From an uncultured Candidatus Rokubacteria bacterium (lineage in GTDB: Bacteria; Methylomirabilota; Methylomirabilia; Rokubacteriales; CSP1-6), in the NCBI GenBank assembly GCA_963789955.1, contig CAWBMV010000006.1, forward strand, positions 352,001 through 416,000: a stretch of DNA of 64,000 nt. The letters are read 5' to 3'. The position numbers and the translations under genes were made by a program. The stretch's first letter is position 1, and every line of letters begins with the position of its first letter. The notes beneath the pieces are model-generated. The model was not told the DNA's origin and did no database searches. It worked only from the letters and a program-made list of their open reading frames with translations. Of the stretch, positions 62,126-64,000 are shown piece after piece.

Positions 62126-63120
62126 ATGAAGCTCGAATCTAGTCGTCGCACTCGTCCTCACGCTGCTGATCGCGGTTCCCGTCTCCGCCGTGGCCTGGGA
62201 GCCGACCAAGCCGATCGAGTTCGTCGTGCCGGCCGGGACCGGTGGCGGCGCCGACCAGATGGCACGCCTGATCGCCGGCATCGCCGAGAAGCACAAGCTC
62301 TCGCCGCGGCCTCTGATCGTCATCAACAAGGCGGGCGGCGCCGGCGCCGAGGGGTTCCTCGACGTCAAGAGCAAGAAGGGCGACGCCCACACGATCATCA
62401 TCACCCTCTCGAACCTCTTCACGACGCCGCTTCACAACAATCTCCCGTTCAACTGGCGCGACTACACGCCGCTCGCCCGCATGGCGCTCGACGAGTTCGT
62501 CCTGTGGGTCAACGCCGACACGCCGTACAAGACCGCCAAGGAGTACCTGGCCGCGGTCAAGGACAAGCAGTGCAAGGAGCGCCAGAGCGGGCAGTGCCTG
62601 ATGGGTGGGACGGGCTCCGCGCAAGAGGATCAGATCCTCACCATCCAGCTGGAGCAGGGCCTTCCGGGAACCAAGTTCAGCTACGTGCCGTTCAAGGGCG
62701 GCGGCGAGGTCTGCGTGAATCTCGTCGGCAAGCACCTCGATTCGACCGTGAACAACCCGATCGAGTGCGTGAGCCACTGGAAGGCCGGCAGAGTGCGCCC
62801 GCTCGCCGTCTTCGACACGGCGCGCATCGCGGTCGGGGAGTGGAAGGACATCCCGACGATCAAGGAGGCGCTCGGCGTCGACGTGCAGCTACCTGATGCT
62901 CCGCGGCATCTTCGGCACGCCGGGCATGCCGAAGGAGGCGGTCGACTGGTACATCGCGTTCTTGAAGAAGGTGACGGAGACGCCGGAGTGGAAGAAGTAC
63001 CTGGATGACGGCGCCCTCAAGCCGGCCTTCGCCACCGGCGCGGAGTACGTGAAGTGGGTCGAGGAAAACGAGCAGCTTCACAAGGAGCTGATGAGCAAGG
63101 GCGGGTTGCTGAAGAAGTAA
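62126..63120 (+). CDS. tctC: Tripartite tricarboxylate transporter binding protein, frameshifts ~62140 and ~62890
   Basis: PTKPIEFVVPAGTGGGAD, NKAGGAG, VPFKGGGE, RGIFGTPG. Confidence 0.85.
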
Positions 63121-63121
63121 G

Positions 63122-63583
63122 ATGCGGGCCGCCGACCTCGCGACCGCGTCCATCCTGGTCCTGCTCGGTGGGGTCGTGGTCCTCGACTCCATGCGGATCG
63201 GGATCGGCTGGAGCACCGACGGGCCCCGCAGCGGATTCTTCCCGTTCTGGCTCGGGGTCATCCTGATCGTCGCCGCGGTGACGATCGGCATCCAGGCGTG
63301 GCGCCGGTCGACGGCGAAGTCGTTCGTGTCGCGCGAGCAGCTCGGTCCGGTGCTCAAGGTGCTGTGGCCGGCCGTCACGATGGTCATCCTGATCCAGCCG
63401 CTCGGCCTCTACGTCGCCGCCGCGCTCTATCTGAGCTTCTACATGCGCTGGGTCGGGCGACACGGCTGGCTCGCCGTGGCTCTCTGCGCGATCGGTGTCC
63501 CGCTGCTCACGTTCGTCGTCTTCGAGCTGTGGTTCCTGGTGCCGATGCCCAAGGGCCCGCTCGAGGCCTGGCTCGGATACTGA
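63122..63583 (+). CDS. tctB: TTT small membrane subunit
   Basis: Four TM; GPRSGFFPF, FELWFLVPMPKG. Confidence 0.85.
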   Translation: MRAADLATASILVLLGGVVVLDSMRIGIGWSTDGPRSGFFPFWLGVILIVAAVTIGIQAWRRSTAKSFVSREQLGPVLKVLWPAVTMVILIQPLGLYVAAALYLSFYMRWVGRHGWLAVALCAIGVPLLTFVVFELWFLVPMPKGPLEAWLGY

Positions 63584-63587
63584 CCCG

Positions 63588-64000
63588 ATGGGCGTCGAGA
63601 ACCTCTTCCACGGATTCCAGATCGCGATCACGCCGTTCAACCTGCTCGTGGCGGTGCTCGGCATCACGCTCGGGACCATCATCGGCGTCCTGCCCGGGCT
63701 CGGCGGCGCCAACGGCGTCGCGATCCTGCTGCCCCTGACGTTCACGATGCCGCCGACCTCGGCGATCATCCTGTTGACCTCGCTCTACTGGGGCGCGCTC
63801 TTCGGCGGCGCGATCACCTCGGTGCTCTTCAACATCCCGGGGGAGCCGTGGTCGGTCGCCACGACCTTCGACGGCTATCCGCTGGCGCGGCAGGGGCAGG
63901 GGGGCCAGGCGCTGACCGCCGCCTTCACCTCCTCGTTCATCGGCGCGCTCTTCTCGATCGTCCTGATCACGTTCTTCGCGCCGCTCTTGGCCGAGATCGC
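63588..64000 (+). CDS. tctA: TTT large membrane subunit, 3' truncated by window edge
   Basis: GTIIGVLPGLG, AILLPLT, NIPGEPWSVATTFDGYP. Confidence 0.9.
   Translation, partial: MGVENLFHGFQIAITPFNLLVAVLGITLGTIIGVLPGLGGANGVAILLPLTFTMPPTSAIILLTSLYWGALFGGAITSVLFNIPGEPWSVATTFDGYPLARQGQGGQALTAAFTSSFIGALFSIVLITFFAPLLAEI

Overview
High-GC bacterial chromosomal segment with about 70 genes, densely packed. Gene content suggests Ca. Rokubacteria/Methylomirabilota or a similar soil lineage; this is inference only. No rRNA, tRNA, CRISPR array, IS or prophage was recognised. More than 20 genes carry single-base frameshifts, most simply explained as uncorrected long-read indels, so some apparent fusions and splits are probably artefacts. 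Main content: SOD and DUF1328, a sulfonate/nitrate-type ABC transporter, a molybdopterin hydroxylase large subunit with RutE, a sigma54 two-component locus, PBP1B, two amidases with small partner genes, a class III PHA cluster (phaC/E/J/B/R, phasin, fadD, TetR), RACo-MaoC-UROD, pdxR-pdxST, and an oxalate-oxidoreductase-like 2-oxoacid:ferredoxin oxidoreductase next to a tripartite tricarboxylate transporter. Best new signals: (1) two hidden candidate selenoproteins with in-frame TGA and SECIS-like hairpins, an Rdx/SelW CxxU protein (2917-3147) and an apparently undescribed PCP_red-domain protein with a U-x-C tail (51925-52416); (2) up to six sigma54 promoters, several with a TGTA-N5-TACA-like enhancer nearby; (3) a candidate PhaR operator at three pha promoters; (4) an OOR-like enzyme with a variant switch loop; (5) a STAS-GNAT fusion coupled to a 7TM-GAF kinase.
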